This document shows positions 32,977 to 42,805 of a DNA stretch of 64,000 nt, piece after piece. The DNA is taken from IMG/VR virus record IMGVR_UViG_2548876986_000002, positions 2,204 to 66,203 of that record; one strand, written 5' to 3'. The notes under the pieces are model-generated. The model was not told where the DNA came from. It saw only the letters and a list, made by a program, of their open reading frames with translations, and did not search any database. Every line of letters starts with the position of its first letter. The first letter of the stretch is position 1. This DNA comes from a virus. Position numbers and translations under genes: made by a program.

Positions 32977-33682
32977 ACACGTTATAGAGCCACAAAAATT
33001 ATTATTAGCTTGGCAGTCTTTAGAACCAGAATATCGTGATCGACATATTGTAGCTGAACTCATTCGTACTAGTAGTGAAGATGCAAACCTCATTTATTTA
33101 GTTAACACAACTAGTTTTGAAAAAGCGAAGAATAGAGGTTTTAAAGGTTATCCAGCATTTTCATATTTGAAGAACATTTATTATGATAATGTCCTTGATA
33201 CTTTTAGAGTTCGTTTAATTAGTAAGAATAGAGATGATTATAAGAATTATTTAGATGAATTACGTTTAAAGCCTGATGTTCCAATAAGTGATTTCGGCTT
33301 GTTAGGATATTCAAATGGTAGATTATTGTCCGATGGATTTTCATTTATACATCCTTTTGAAAACGTCAGTGGACCGTGTGAATTATTTATAGAGGCCGCT
33401 GGGTTTAGACACATTTATGAAGGAACAAATCCTGTTAATATCCAAATAGGTGATAAGGTTTATTTTAAAATTACAAAATATGAAAACGAAGATGCAATTG
33501 AAATTTTAGACCAATCTAATAAACTTTTAGGGTACATAAATAGAGGTTTGATAAATACATTTATTGATTGGATTAATAACAAAAGAATAGTAACTGCCTC
33601 AATTGAAAAAATTAATTTATCTTTTGAAAATAGACGTTCTCTTTATATTTTTGTAAAAATAAAGAGTAAGACTATTTCTTAA
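32963..33682 (+). CDS. HIRAN-domain protein (partner of the kinase)
   Basis: C-terminal EAAGFRH..ENEDAIEIL..LLGYINR; overlaps the kinase stop. Confidence 0.75.
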   Translation: MNLIEHVIEPQKLLLAWQSLEPEYRDRHIVAELIRTSSEDANLIYLVNTTSFEKAKNRGFKGYPAFSYLKNIYYDNVLDTFRVRLISKNRDDYKNYLDELRLKPDVPISDFGLLGYSNGRLLSDGFSFIHPFENVSGPCELFIEAAGFRHIYEGTNPVNIQIGDKVYFKITKYENEDAIEILDQSNKLLGYINRGLINTFIDWINNKRIVTASIEKINLSFENRRSLYIFVKIKSKTIS

Positions 33683-33893
33683 AATAAATTATTAATAAAC
33701 TGCTACTTAATCTAATGCCTAGTTAGATTTTTTCCTTTTATAATAAAGCTATCACGCCTCATACTAGCCCTATTCGCATTATCGAGTATTTTCAATACTT
33801 GCTTTTCTATAAGTCTAATTTTAGTTATTAACATTTTTTTCTAATAGCCGATAGTCAAATTCTTGTTTAATTATTAAATTCTCTCCCTTATAG

Positions 33894-34079
33894 TTAATCT
33901 TCAAGACTGCGCAAATCTTTATTAGATAAACCTGTAACGTCCTTAATAAATTCACAATCAGCCTCTCTAGCGAGCATTCTTTTAGCAATAACAAAGTCGT
34001 CTTCTCTTTTGCCTTGTTCTAGGCCCTGCTGTAGGCCTTTTTGTAGCCCTTTTTGTTCAAGTTGTTGTGCAAATGTCAT
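33894..34079 (-). CDS. RpnS-like module 3
   Basis: MTFAQQLEQKGLQ..IAKRML..VTGLS. Confidence 0.75.
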   Translation of the reverse strand: MTFAQQLEQKGLQKGLQQGLEQGKREDDFVIAKRMLAREADCEFIKDVTGLSNKDLRSLED

Positions 34080-34097
34080 GATGGTTTGCTTATGATA

Positions 34098-34271
34098 TTA
34101 ATCCTCTAGGCTTAGTAAATCTTGATCAGAAAGCTGGGTTGCTTTTTTAATAATCTCATGATCGATGCCCATATTCAGCATTCTCTTTGCAATAACAAAG
34201 TCTTCTTCTCTTTTGCCTTGCTGTAGGCCTTGTTGTAATCCTTCTTGTTTTAGTTGTTGTGCAAATGTCAT
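34098..34271 (-). CDS. RpnS-like module 2 (57 aa, not in the ORF track)
   Basis: MTFAQQLKQEGLQQGLQQGKREEDFVIAKRMLNMGIDHEIIKKATQLSDQDLLSLED; GAGGT RBS. Confidence 0.8.
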   Translation of the reverse strand: MTFAQQLKQEGLQQGLQQGKREEDFVIAKRMLNMGIDHEIIKKATQLSDQDLLSLED

Positions 34272-34298
34272 GATAACCTCGCGGTAGTTGCGAGAATA

Positions 34299-34484
34299 TT
34301 AGTCTTCGAGGTTAAGTAAATCTTGATCAGATAAGCCTGTTACTTCCTTGATAAGTTCAGAATCTAACCTTTTAGCTAACATTCTTTTGGCAATAACAAA
34401 GTCCTCTTCTCTTCGGCCCTGCTGTAGACCTTGCTGTAGGCCTTGCTGTAGGCCTTGCTGCTTTAATTGTTCTGCAAATGTCAT
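34299..34484 (-). CDS. RpnS-like module 1 (native C-terminus of the upstream Rpn)
   Basis: MTFAEQLKQQGLQQG..; GAGG upstream within the Rpn coding sequence. Confidence 0.8.
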   Translation of the reverse strand: MTFAEQLKQQGLQQGLQQGLQQGRREEDFVIAKRMLAKRLDSELIKEVTGLSDQDLLNLED

Positions 34485-35224
34485 GATAATATCTTTATCC
34501 TCTGGTAGATGGTGAGAATGTGAATAAGTTCATCAACTGCTTCTGGTTTACTCTCATCCTGGGTCTCGTTTATTACAAATTTTACCATATAACGGCGCGG
34601 TTCTCTGCTTAATTGCTTAAATAGGGCTTTGATAGACTCTCGCCTTTCTTTAAGAATAGCTAAAAAGTTCTTGGCCCGAGCATGTTTGAGAAGCATCTCC
34701 ATCAGAAAAGCTGGCCCTTCTGCAAGCTCATCATCTGATAAAACTGTTAAATCTATTAAGGTAAAAGGCTTAAACACAATTTGTTTAGCTAAATCAGGGT
34801 TATCAAAGCATTGATAAACATCAACAGGATGTGGGTATGGAGATTCCAAGCCGTGATACAAGCAAATTGGTAAAACAATCGGCAATTTTTTATGGCCTTG
34901 TCGGATATGCTGATCCATGGCAGCAATACTATATTGTAATTGCCGAAAGGCCATCAGTTCTTCATTGGCTGTCGATTCTGCCTCTAGGATGAAGAAAATA
35001 TAGCCGTCTTGATTATCAAACTGGCAACGGTAGACAATATCCGAATGAATTTCTCGGAATTTGGGTAGAATAAAACTTTTATCAGTTAATTCTAAGGTAT
35101 CAAGGTTAATCCGTTGAAAAATTTCAGCAGGTAGATGTGTTTTTAGGTAAGATATAGCTACTTTTTTCTCAGAAAGGGATACCTTAAAAAGTTTGTCAAA
35201 AGGCTGATGAATAGTAATTGTCAC
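34481..35224 (-). pseudogene. Rpn/YhgA-family nuclease (RpnL), frameshifted just before its C-terminal module
   Basis: HQPFDKLFK, SDIVY, FILEAES, LPICLYHG; the alternative frame reads LPEDKDIIMTF. Confidence 0.9.
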
Positions 35225-35299
35225 TTTTATTGTCCTTATTTATAACTAACTAAGCGATTTCAACTCCAAGATAGGTTGAAAATTAATTATAGGTAATGT

Positions 35300-35480
35300 A
35301 ATGAGCACTAAAAAGCAGATAAGGAAGAGAGATCAACAATAATTGTAAGAGTACCTAAAGAAATGGCAGAACAATTGAAATGGCTTTCTTTTAAGATGAA
35401 GGTAAGTATAGCAGAGCTTTGCCGTCGAGGTGCAGAAAAAATAATAAAGGAAAACTATAAAAAATTTCCTCCTCCTTGAC
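35300..35480 (+). pseudogene. Ribbon-helix-helix regulator, frameshift near the start
   Basis: STIIVRVPKEMAEQLKWLSFKMKVSIAELCRRG. Confidence 0.55.
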
Positions 35481-35598
35481 TTTAATCTTTATCATGATAT
35501 CATGATAAAGATTATCAGAAAATAATATGCAGCGTGACACGTAGATGCTACCAACATCTACATGCCACTAACCACAATCTACTTTGGAGGAGTAAACT

Positions 35599-36039
35599 AT
35601 GGCTAACGTCAGTTTAAATCAATTCGTTTGTCTAAGACAACCTGCCAGCGACTATCTATCGCAGTGCTACCAAACATCCTCTCTCTTAAAGAGTTTAATT
35701 GAAGAATTAAAGGCCTTTCTAAATTCTAAACCAGGTCTTCTGTTTGATGATTTAACTAAAAGCTTAGAGATGCTTTTAGAATCATTCCAAATAGGTGTTG
35801 AAGAAGCGCATAGTGCTATAGACGTTGATGTTAATCCTTATCCTAGCTTCCTCTCACTGAATGTAAGTCAAACACAAGGACAAAACTTACTTAGAGAAGT
35901 AGCTGATGACCTTACGCAATTAAAGCACATGCTACTGGAAGCTGCTGATGAGCTTGATACCTATAACGGCTTTGAACCTTATGCCAAGGAATTTACGAAA
36001 ATACTGAGCAATAAAAATCAAGGAGGAAGCTATGCGTAA
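35599..36039 (+). CDS. Phage early hypothetical protein
   Basis: GGAGG RBS; hairpin leader; relic paralog at about 20644. Confidence 0.75.
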   Translation: MANVSLNQFVCLRQPASDYLSQCYQTSSLLKSLIEELKAFLNSKPGLLFDDLTKSLEMLLESFQIGVEEAHSAIDVDVNPYPSFLSLNVSQTQGQNLLREVADDLTQLKHMLLEAADELDTYNGFEPYAKEFTKILSNKNQGGSYA

Positions 36040-36107
36040 ACTCCACCGATTATTTAAAAAGATCAAAAAATGTTTCTTAGCTTTCATCGGATTAAAGGAG
36101 GTGGCTC

Positions 36108-36587
36108 ATGGCTAATCCCATACCATATATAGAACTTGGCAAACCTGGAGATTCTAGTCATGTTAAATGGGTTATGCCGGACCCTAAAAAAGAACCCGTC
36201 TTTGATGATTTTGGTGGCCTTATTCAACAAGCCGTATCTGATCAAGGTGTCTCTTGTTACGACGAACTCAATGAATCCATGCGTTGGGCATTAGGTATTG
36301 CTGCACTTCGTGAAAATAAAACCTTAGCAATTGATGCAGACTATAACGGATTCAATCAAGTATTAGCCAATGTCTTTGAGAAGAGAGGATCGCTCGATAG
36401 TTTACAAAATCTTTATCAATACCTTGTTCGGATTGTGATTGAAGGAAGTAGACAATATGACGCACAAGTTGCCTATTGCATCGATAACGCCTTAGAAAAA
36501 GAAGAAGACAAGCAGGCGTTTAATGCGAAGTATTTTTCTCATGAGGAAGAAGCCGACTATTGGCACGACGAGGTGGACCATGGTTAA
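36108..36587 (+). CDS. Phage hypothetical protein
   Basis: GGAGG RBS; coupled to the next gene. Confidence 0.7.
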   Translation: MANPIPYIELGKPGDSSHVKWVMPDPKKEPVFDDFGGLIQQAVSDQGVSCYDELNESMRWALGIAALRENKTLAIDADYNGFNQVLANVFEKRGSLDSLQNLYQYLVRIVIEGSRQYDAQVAYCIDNALEKEEDKQAFNAKYFSHEEEADYWHDEVDHG

Positions 36588-37428
36588 TATATTACCGTCT
36601 CCACTCGTTTCTATTGATCAAACTACAATTAAACCTGGAATTTACGACATTTCCAATGAAATTTACCACCAAGGATCGGGTATCAGCCGCAGTGCATTAA
36701 TGGAGTTTAAAAAATCTCCTTATCACTATTGGTACAAGTATCTAAATCCTTATTATGTTCCAGAATCTGCTACACCGGCTCAAATCTTTGGTAATGCTTT
36801 GCATACCTTTATTTTAGAGCCAAAGGAATTTGAAAAACAGTTTTTTACGCTAGACAAATTCGATAAGCGAACTAAAGCCGGTGCGGAACGCTGGAAACAA
36901 ATCCAAGCAGAACAAGGTATTAAAACCTTTCTAAAGGAAGCGCAATACCAAGAGTTGCAACAAATGGCAGATAGTTTGCAAAAGAATAAGCTGGCTTTGC
37001 AATTGATTGAGAGCGCACAAATAGAGCAATCTCTTTACTGGAATGATCCTGAAACTGGCATTTTATGTAAATGTCGGCCTGATATTTTGCAGCGCAACTT
37101 TGTTTGTGATCTCAAAAGCGCACAAGATGGTAGTGCATGGGCCTTTTCAAAGGCCGTGTTGGACTATGGCTACCATATTCAAGCGGCGATGATTCGAGAG
37201 GCCTTGCTTCATATTCAAAAAATCAAAATAGATGATTTTTTCTTTATTGTTGTTGAGAAAGCAGAACCTTTCGTTACCGTTGTTTATCAATTGGATAAGA
37301 AATCCATTGATAAAGGTCGTGATGAATTTAAAAGTCTATTACAAGCCTACAAACAATGTTTAGAAACAGATAACTGGCCCAGCTATCGAGCCCAAGAAAT
37401 TTCACTACCCCGCTATGCATTTAATTAA
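36580..37428 (+). CDS. RecE/exonuclease VIII-like PD-(D/E)XK nuclease (DUF3799-like)
   Basis: YH..GISRS, CKCRPD, DLKS, YHIQAA; ATG at 36580 with RBS. Confidence 0.88.
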   Translation: MVNILPSPLVSIDQTTIKPGIYDISNEIYHQGSGISRSALMEFKKSPYHYWYKYLNPYYVPESATPAQIFGNALHTFILEPKEFEKQFFTLDKFDKRTKAGAERWKQIQAEQGIKTFLKEAQYQELQQMADSLQKNKLALQLIESAQIEQSLYWNDPETGILCKCRPDILQRNFVCDLKSAQDGSAWAFSKAVLDYGYHIQAAMIREALLHIQKIKIDDFFFIVVEKAEPFVTVVYQLDKKSIDKGRDEFKSLLQAYKQCLETDNWPSYRAQEISLPRYAFN

Positions 37429-37439
37429 ATTGGAGAATA

Positions 37440-38237
37440 ATGATGTCAAATGAATTAATTTGTGATCAAGGTAAATTAGTCCGTGCTGAATTAGATATGC
37501 AAATTACCACCGCTAAAGCTTATCCACGAAACCCCAATGAATTTATTAATTTAGCAACACAACTTGCTACACAAGACGAAGAAACCGCACAAGCTTGCTT
37601 TTATTGTCTACCTCCCCGTAAAGATAGTTATGGAAAACTTACAGAAATAAAAGGTCCTTCGATTCGTTTAGCTGAAATTGCTGCGGCAAGTTGGGGAAAT
37701 CTCCATGCTGGCAGTCGAATTGTTGAGAACGATGGCCAATCGATTACTGCAGAAGGTGTCGCTTGGGATTTGGAAAGAAACGTTAAGATCAGCAGCCAAG
37801 TTAAACGTAGTATTACAAAGAGCAATGGTGCTCGCTATAGCCACGATATGCAAACACTCACAGGCAATGCGGCTAGTGCTATCGCGCTTAGAAATGCGAT
37901 ATTTAAAGTGATCCCCAAAGCATTGATCGACAGAGTGTATGAAAAAGCAATGCAATTTGCAGTAGGCGATCAAAAGGATTTAAGCGCACGTAGAAAAGCA
38001 ATTTTTGATCGATTTGCACAATGGAATATTGACCCTAAACAAATTCTACAATTTTTCAAAAAGAATACAATCGATGAATTAACTCAAACCGATTTAGTAA
38101 AACTCATCGGTATAGGAACCGCGATCAAGGAAGAACATATTACACCCGACAAAGCCTTTGTCTTAGAGGAGGAAGAATCAACAACCTCTCCCAATATTGA
38201 GGAGCGTGTTAAAAATTTACTTAATCCAAATAAATAA
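37440..38237 (+). CDS. Probable single-strand annealing/recombination protein
   Basis: Directly follows the RecE-like gene; QITTAKAYPR..GPSIRLAE..WGN phage family motif. Function is inferred. Confidence 0.6.
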   Translation: MMSNELICDQGKLVRAELDMQITTAKAYPRNPNEFINLATQLATQDEETAQACFYCLPPRKDSYGKLTEIKGPSIRLAEIAAASWGNLHAGSRIVENDGQSITAEGVAWDLERNVKISSQVKRSITKSNGARYSHDMQTLTGNAASAIALRNAIFKVIPKALIDRVYEKAMQFAVGDQKDLSARRKAIFDRFAQWNIDPKQILQFFKKNTIDELTQTDLVKLIGIGTAIKEEHITPDKAFVLEEEESTTSPNIEERVKNLLNPNK

Positions 38238-38489
38238 CTAAATACTAAACCGCCAACCCCCCGTAAGGGGGACAGCGACAAAGGTGCTATCAACACCCTG
38301 CCACTGTCTGGCCACAATACAATTCTCGGGAGAATTGAATCATGGTTACGCCAAGCTTACCGCTATCGTTTGAGCGAAGCAAATACTATGCACCATTTGG
38401 TGCATCACCTCATGGTTATTCACGTATTGATGAGTTACTCTGCGCTGAATTTCTTTATATTTATTATCTTTTTAAAATACCTCTACTAC

Positions 38490-38521
38490 TAATAAAAAAG
38501 GGTACGTTAAAAAACGTACCC
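38490..38521 (-). terminator. Perfect 9-bp hairpin with a U-tract on the minus strand
   Basis: GGGTACGTT-AAAA-AACGTACCC preceded by an A-run. Confidence 0.45.
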
Positions 38522-38585
38522 CCACGCTATCAAAGTACTGAAGATACTTTAGTAGCGCTAACCAACATCAACCTAAGGAGTTGAT

Positions 38586-39029
38586 ATGGCTATTAATAGA
38601 GTAGCCTTAGAGGGCGCGTGGTGCAAATTAATTGCACAAGAAAATCAATATTTTCGTGCAACAGCGGAATATCTTTTACTTGAAAATGGAGTCGATCGTC
38701 CAAGTGAAAGTCAAATTCAAGAGAAAATAAGCCATTTATTTCATATTTATCTTAGTTTTTCTCTTAGATTTGGAAAACGTTTATCAAATCGTGAAATTGA
38801 AAGTCTTTTTCAAGCTTCTTGTGGAGAAGAATTAAAAGAATCTGCAGTTTCCTTAAAAAGAACACCGGATGTTATCAAAAGACATCGAATGTCAGCTTTT
38901 AAAAAGCTTCAGTCTTCTAATATTGGCCAAGCTATTTATCGTGCCACACAACTCGGTTATCTCCCTTTAAAAGCTAAGCACCCACAATCGCTTATAGACG
39001 TTGAGGAAACTGAAAATGCCTCTGCTTAA
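38586..39029 (+). CDS. LuxR/GerE-type HTH regulator
   Basis: LSNREIE..G..LKE.A..L..T...IKRHR..AFKKL..AIYRA..LG. Confidence 0.8.
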   Translation: MAINRVALEGAWCKLIAQENQYFRATAEYLLLENGVDRPSESQIQEKISHLFHIYLSFSLRFGKRLSNREIESLFQASCGEELKESAVSLKRTPDVIKRHRMSAFKKLQSSNIGQAIYRATQLGYLPLKAKHPQSLIDVEETENASA

Positions 39030-39077
39030 CTTCATTTGCTTTCATTTTCATAACAATAAAAAAAGAGGGGTTTAACG

Positions 39078-39783
39078 ATGCCAACTAAAGAAACTAAAAA
39101 TAATCTTTTAGAGAAGCAACTGTCGCATATTTTGAAAGGGTTACATGAGGCTAAACGAAAGGGAGCTTTATCATTTACTTCTTCATTCGAATGTATAGAA
39201 ATGCTGAATGATGGGATTAAAGCACTGGAAAATACTCAATTTGCTTCGGTAGATGATTTTGATTCAGTGAAAGAATTACTTGAGCTGGAACAATTTTTCT
39301 CAGTGAGATTACGATTAAGAGACTTTTCTTTTCCAGAGTATCAATCTTGCATTTCTCCAACACTGCTATTTTACGCTGGAATTGAAGTTCAGTTAGATAC
39401 GTTAGAGATGAAAGCCTATGATTTAGATTATCGAGGTCATCATTGCGCAGCAATTGAAGCAAAAGGCCTGGTTTTTAATCTACATAATTTAAATCGTTGG
39501 TATTTCAGCGAAGGAAAAATTGATTACGTTGATTATAAAACCAGAGCATTACAAGCCATTAATGAAAGCCGGCCTATTTTAGAACAACATCGTGGTTATA
39601 AACAAATTCTTGGTAATTTAGTTTTATTTATTTTTATTTATTTTAACAGCAGGAACAGCTTTTCTTATTCATAAGGCTTGTACTGGACATTTTCTATTTT
39701 TCAAGCAAACCGAGAGTGCAAAACAGCTTGATGCACTAACTCAAACGTTTAACACACTTTCCCTATCTCAAAAATCATACTAA
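39078..39783 (+). pseudogene. Effector-like protein with a C-terminal hydrophobic hairpin, frameshifted at about 39640
   Basis: HRGYKQILGNL.. continues out of frame as AGTAFLIHKACTGHFLFFKQTESAKQL. Confidence 0.6.
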
Positions 39784-39851
39784 AGGAGTTTTTGTGAATT
39801 ATTAATAAAAAACAACCAACAAGTAATTATAACAATAACAAGAGGAAAAAA

Positions 39852-40755
39852 ATGCTACCCACTATAAAATTATGTGGCCATTTGCATCGCTCGAATGGTC
39901 AAAGCGCCTCTGCGGTGACAATCATTAGTATCGACCAAAGTCACCAACAAGGTATTGAGTTTGAGGCTTTTTGTCTAAAAATCAATGAAGAATATGCCGA
40001 GAAAAACATAACACAGTTCACCATTATTGAAACAGGTTATTTAAAACGCCATTATCAACGTTTAGATCCCGCTTTCTCATCGATTGAAGCAGCTGATTTG
40101 TCCGCTATTCAATTAGGGGAAGACTGGATCAAACAGCAACAAGCTTCTATCGATAAGCTTAAATTAACGCCTAAAATCATCTCTTGGAAAGAAATACTTG
40201 AAACACAACAAGACATAGAAGATAAACCATTTTCTGAATATTTATCCAAAATTGAAGAGGATTATAAAAACAGATAAAGTTTTTAGAAATCATGTTAATA
40301 CGATTTCACAAAAATATGCTGAAAAATTAGCTATTAAATACAATCCTACTGAAGAAAAACACTTAAATGAAGCCTGTTTAAAAGCAGCACGAGAGTATTT
40401 GTTAGAAGAATCCAGCATTATTTTTAAATTAGTGCATCACGGATTTACAAGCTTACTCTATCCAGGAAATGGCAATGCGGCATTACGCTATGTTCATCGT
40501 AAATACTTTGGTGAAACGAATCCCATGCCTTGGTTACGGTATGACATTCAATATCCTAAACAAGAAAAAAGAGTAGCTTTGAAAGAATCAGAAAGTAGTT
40601 TTTTTCAAGCTTCTTCTGCGAGTAATACAACAAAAACAAAGAGACATATTAAAAAATTATTGACTGAACTACCCGAGCTTGAACGATTAAGTCTTCTACA
40701 AGAATTAAACCAAGAAATAACAAAAACAAAGGAGTTAGGCTATGAAAAGGCTTAA
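39852..40755 (+). pseudogene. tRNA-dependent cyclodipeptide synthase (XYP-type), +1 frameshift in the A5 run at 40266-40270
   Basis: IISIDQ (nucleophile Ser, Q at +3), ETGYLKRH, LGEDWI, IISWKE, YLLEES (Tyr/Glu), LYPG; removing one A gives a 300-aa ORF. Confidence 0.75.
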
Positions 40756-41797
40756 AAAGGAACGTTTACTTGAATTATCGTTTCCTATTATCAATCGAAG
40801 TCTTCATTCTGATTTACCCGTCAATATTTTTGTAGCAGATTATGAAGGCTATCTAGCCTGGGTAAATACGCGCATGTTGAAAGCCATTAAGGAAACTGAA
40901 AAGAGTTTTTTTGGCAAACATCTTAGAACATGGGGAGAAGAAAAATGGGAAGCCTGCCAGCGTGTGATTGAAAGCAATTGTGAAGAGGGTATGGAGGAAA
41001 AAGGGCCTGATAACCGCTACTATTTTACTAACCGTATACCTGTTTGGCGTAGAGATAGGAGTAGCATCGCCGGCATTATTGGTGTTTCGCTTGATATAAC
41101 CGAACAAAAACAAGCTGAAATCGCCAAGCGAGAATTTATCCTAAATATGGAGCATGATCTACGAACGCCATTTACTGGTGTTTATAGCTGTGCTGAACTA
41201 GCGCATAGCATTGCAAAGGAAGAAAAGGTAAAAGAATATCTTGGTTATATTATTACTAGCGCAAAACAATGGATAGAGGTTGTAAACAATATTTTTTCAA
41301 TATTTGATTCTAAAACTATTGAGGATAAATCAAACTATTTTCATATCCAAGACTTAATAGATGAAATTCAATTACTCTATAGAGCGGCTGTACAAGCTAA
41401 AAACATAACGTTACATATTGTCTGTGACAATTATTTGGTTTGGGTACAACGCTTATGTTTAAAGCAAATACTGATTTCGCTTGTGAGTAATGCTATAAAA
41501 TTTACTGACCAAGGTAGTGTAATTATTTCCGCTTATGTTATAGAAGGATTGTTAACTATACAGGTAAAAGATACGGGTATAGGAATTGCCAAAGATAAAC
41601 AAGATTATGTATTTGAAAAATACACTAAAATAAAACCTTCAAATCAAAGTGGTGACTTTGTAGGTAGTGGTTTGGGCTTATATATTACTAAACAATGTGT
41701 TGAAAAACTTAATGGTAAAATAGAATTGATAAGTGAACCCGGGAAAGGTTCTAGCTTTCAGGTAGAAATTCCTTTAAAAAATAAACCACAGCTGTAA
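40742..41797 (+). CDS. Soluble PAS-domain histidine kinase (PAS-HisKA-HATPase)
   Basis: NIFVAD..WVN..GVSLDITE; NMEHDLRTP; SNAIKFT, VKDTGIGI, GSGLGL; no TM segment, no REC domain. Confidence 0.93.
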   Translation: MKRLKKERLLELSFPIINRSLHSDLPVNIFVADYEGYLAWVNTRMLKAIKETEKSFFGKHLRTWGEEKWEACQRVIESNCEEGMEEKGPDNRYYFTNRIPVWRRDRSSIAGIIGVSLDITEQKQAEIAKREFILNMEHDLRTPFTGVYSCAELAHSIAKEEKVKEYLGYIITSAKQWIEVVNNIFSIFDSKTIEDKSNYFHIQDLIDEIQLLYRAAVQAKNITLHIVCDNYLVWVQRLCLKQILISLVSNAIKFTDQGSVIISAYVIEGLLTIQVKDTGIGIAKDKQDYVFEKYTKIKPSNQSGDFVGSGLGLYITKQCVEKLNGKIELISEPGKGSSFQVEIPLKNKPQL

Positions 41798-41809
41798 TAA
41801 CTTCTAAAT

Positions 41810-41968
41810 ATGAAAGATATCAATGAGCTTCTTTATGATGCAAAATTAGAGAAGCTCAAGTGGGAATTGAAAAATTATTTTAGTGGGTGGTTACTCGCTA
41901 TTTTGATTGGAGAAAATCTAATTATAGCTATCCTGCTTTTAAAGGCAGTGCTAACACATTCATCATGA
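41810..41968 (+). CDS. Small coiled-coil/TM protein
   Basis: MKDINELLYDAKLEKLKWELKNYFSGWLLAILIG.. Confidence 0.45.
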   Translation: MKDINELLYDAKLEKLKWELKNYFSGWLLAILIGENLIIAILLLKAVLTHSS

Positions 41969-42524
41969 TAAATTAAATTTATTTAGGTTTTTGCTTAATA
42001 AGTAAAAATAATGTTTTCTTTATTAAAGATAGCTTTATGGATGGACATAAATATACTAAAAAAATAATAAAAGATAACAATTATTATAAATTGATAGAGG
42101 AATTAGGTTTTTAATGGAGATGCCTGTTATATAGGAGAGAATTATACTGCTTTTTATTGTATTATAAATAAGTTGGCTTTTCCTCAAACTTTACTTTTTT
42201 CAACTAGCTCACCCAATGAGATTAAACTAGAAGGCACTTCCTCACTAGGAAAACAGGAGGAAAGAAGGTTGCAAATACAGTTTAATCCGACAAGCTTAGG
42301 AAAAAAGCAATTCCAGCTTGATATAAAACCTCCTCGTATTGGAAAGCAGCGCTTATTAGGTAAAAAGTTTATGTGTTCAGGAGCGGCCTATTATAAAGGT
42401 AGAAGGCTACATTAAAAATCAGTTACCAGAAACAATGAAATTAGGAAAAAAAGGTGAAGTGGTGTTTGTATTTAAAAATACGGGTAACCGTCCCATCACA
42501 GGGATAACTATACACGTAGAAAAA

Positions 42525-42679
42525 ATCAAGACTTAGACTTTCCTTTCTTTTTTGTTTTCCTTGCTTGCGTATAGGCTATTGCCACGGCTTGCTTTTGGGG
42601 CTTGCCCGTTTTGATCTCACGTTTGATGTTTTCTGAAGCCTTTTTTAGTTTGGGCTTTCTTTCCTTTGATAAGTGGCAT
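42525..42679 (-). pseudogene. Small basic phage late protein, frameshifted
   Basis: MPLIKGKK../ENIKREIKTGKPQKQAVAIAY with a GGAG RBS. Confidence 0.6.
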
Positions 42680-42805
42680 ATTTTCTCCCTTATTTAGGAC
42701 CGTAAACAAATTTAAAATAGGTTATAATGAGACTGAAAGCCAGTCACTGCGTAGCGGGAAAAATCTCATTAAAATATAAGTAAATAAAACTGAGGATAAG
42801 TACGA

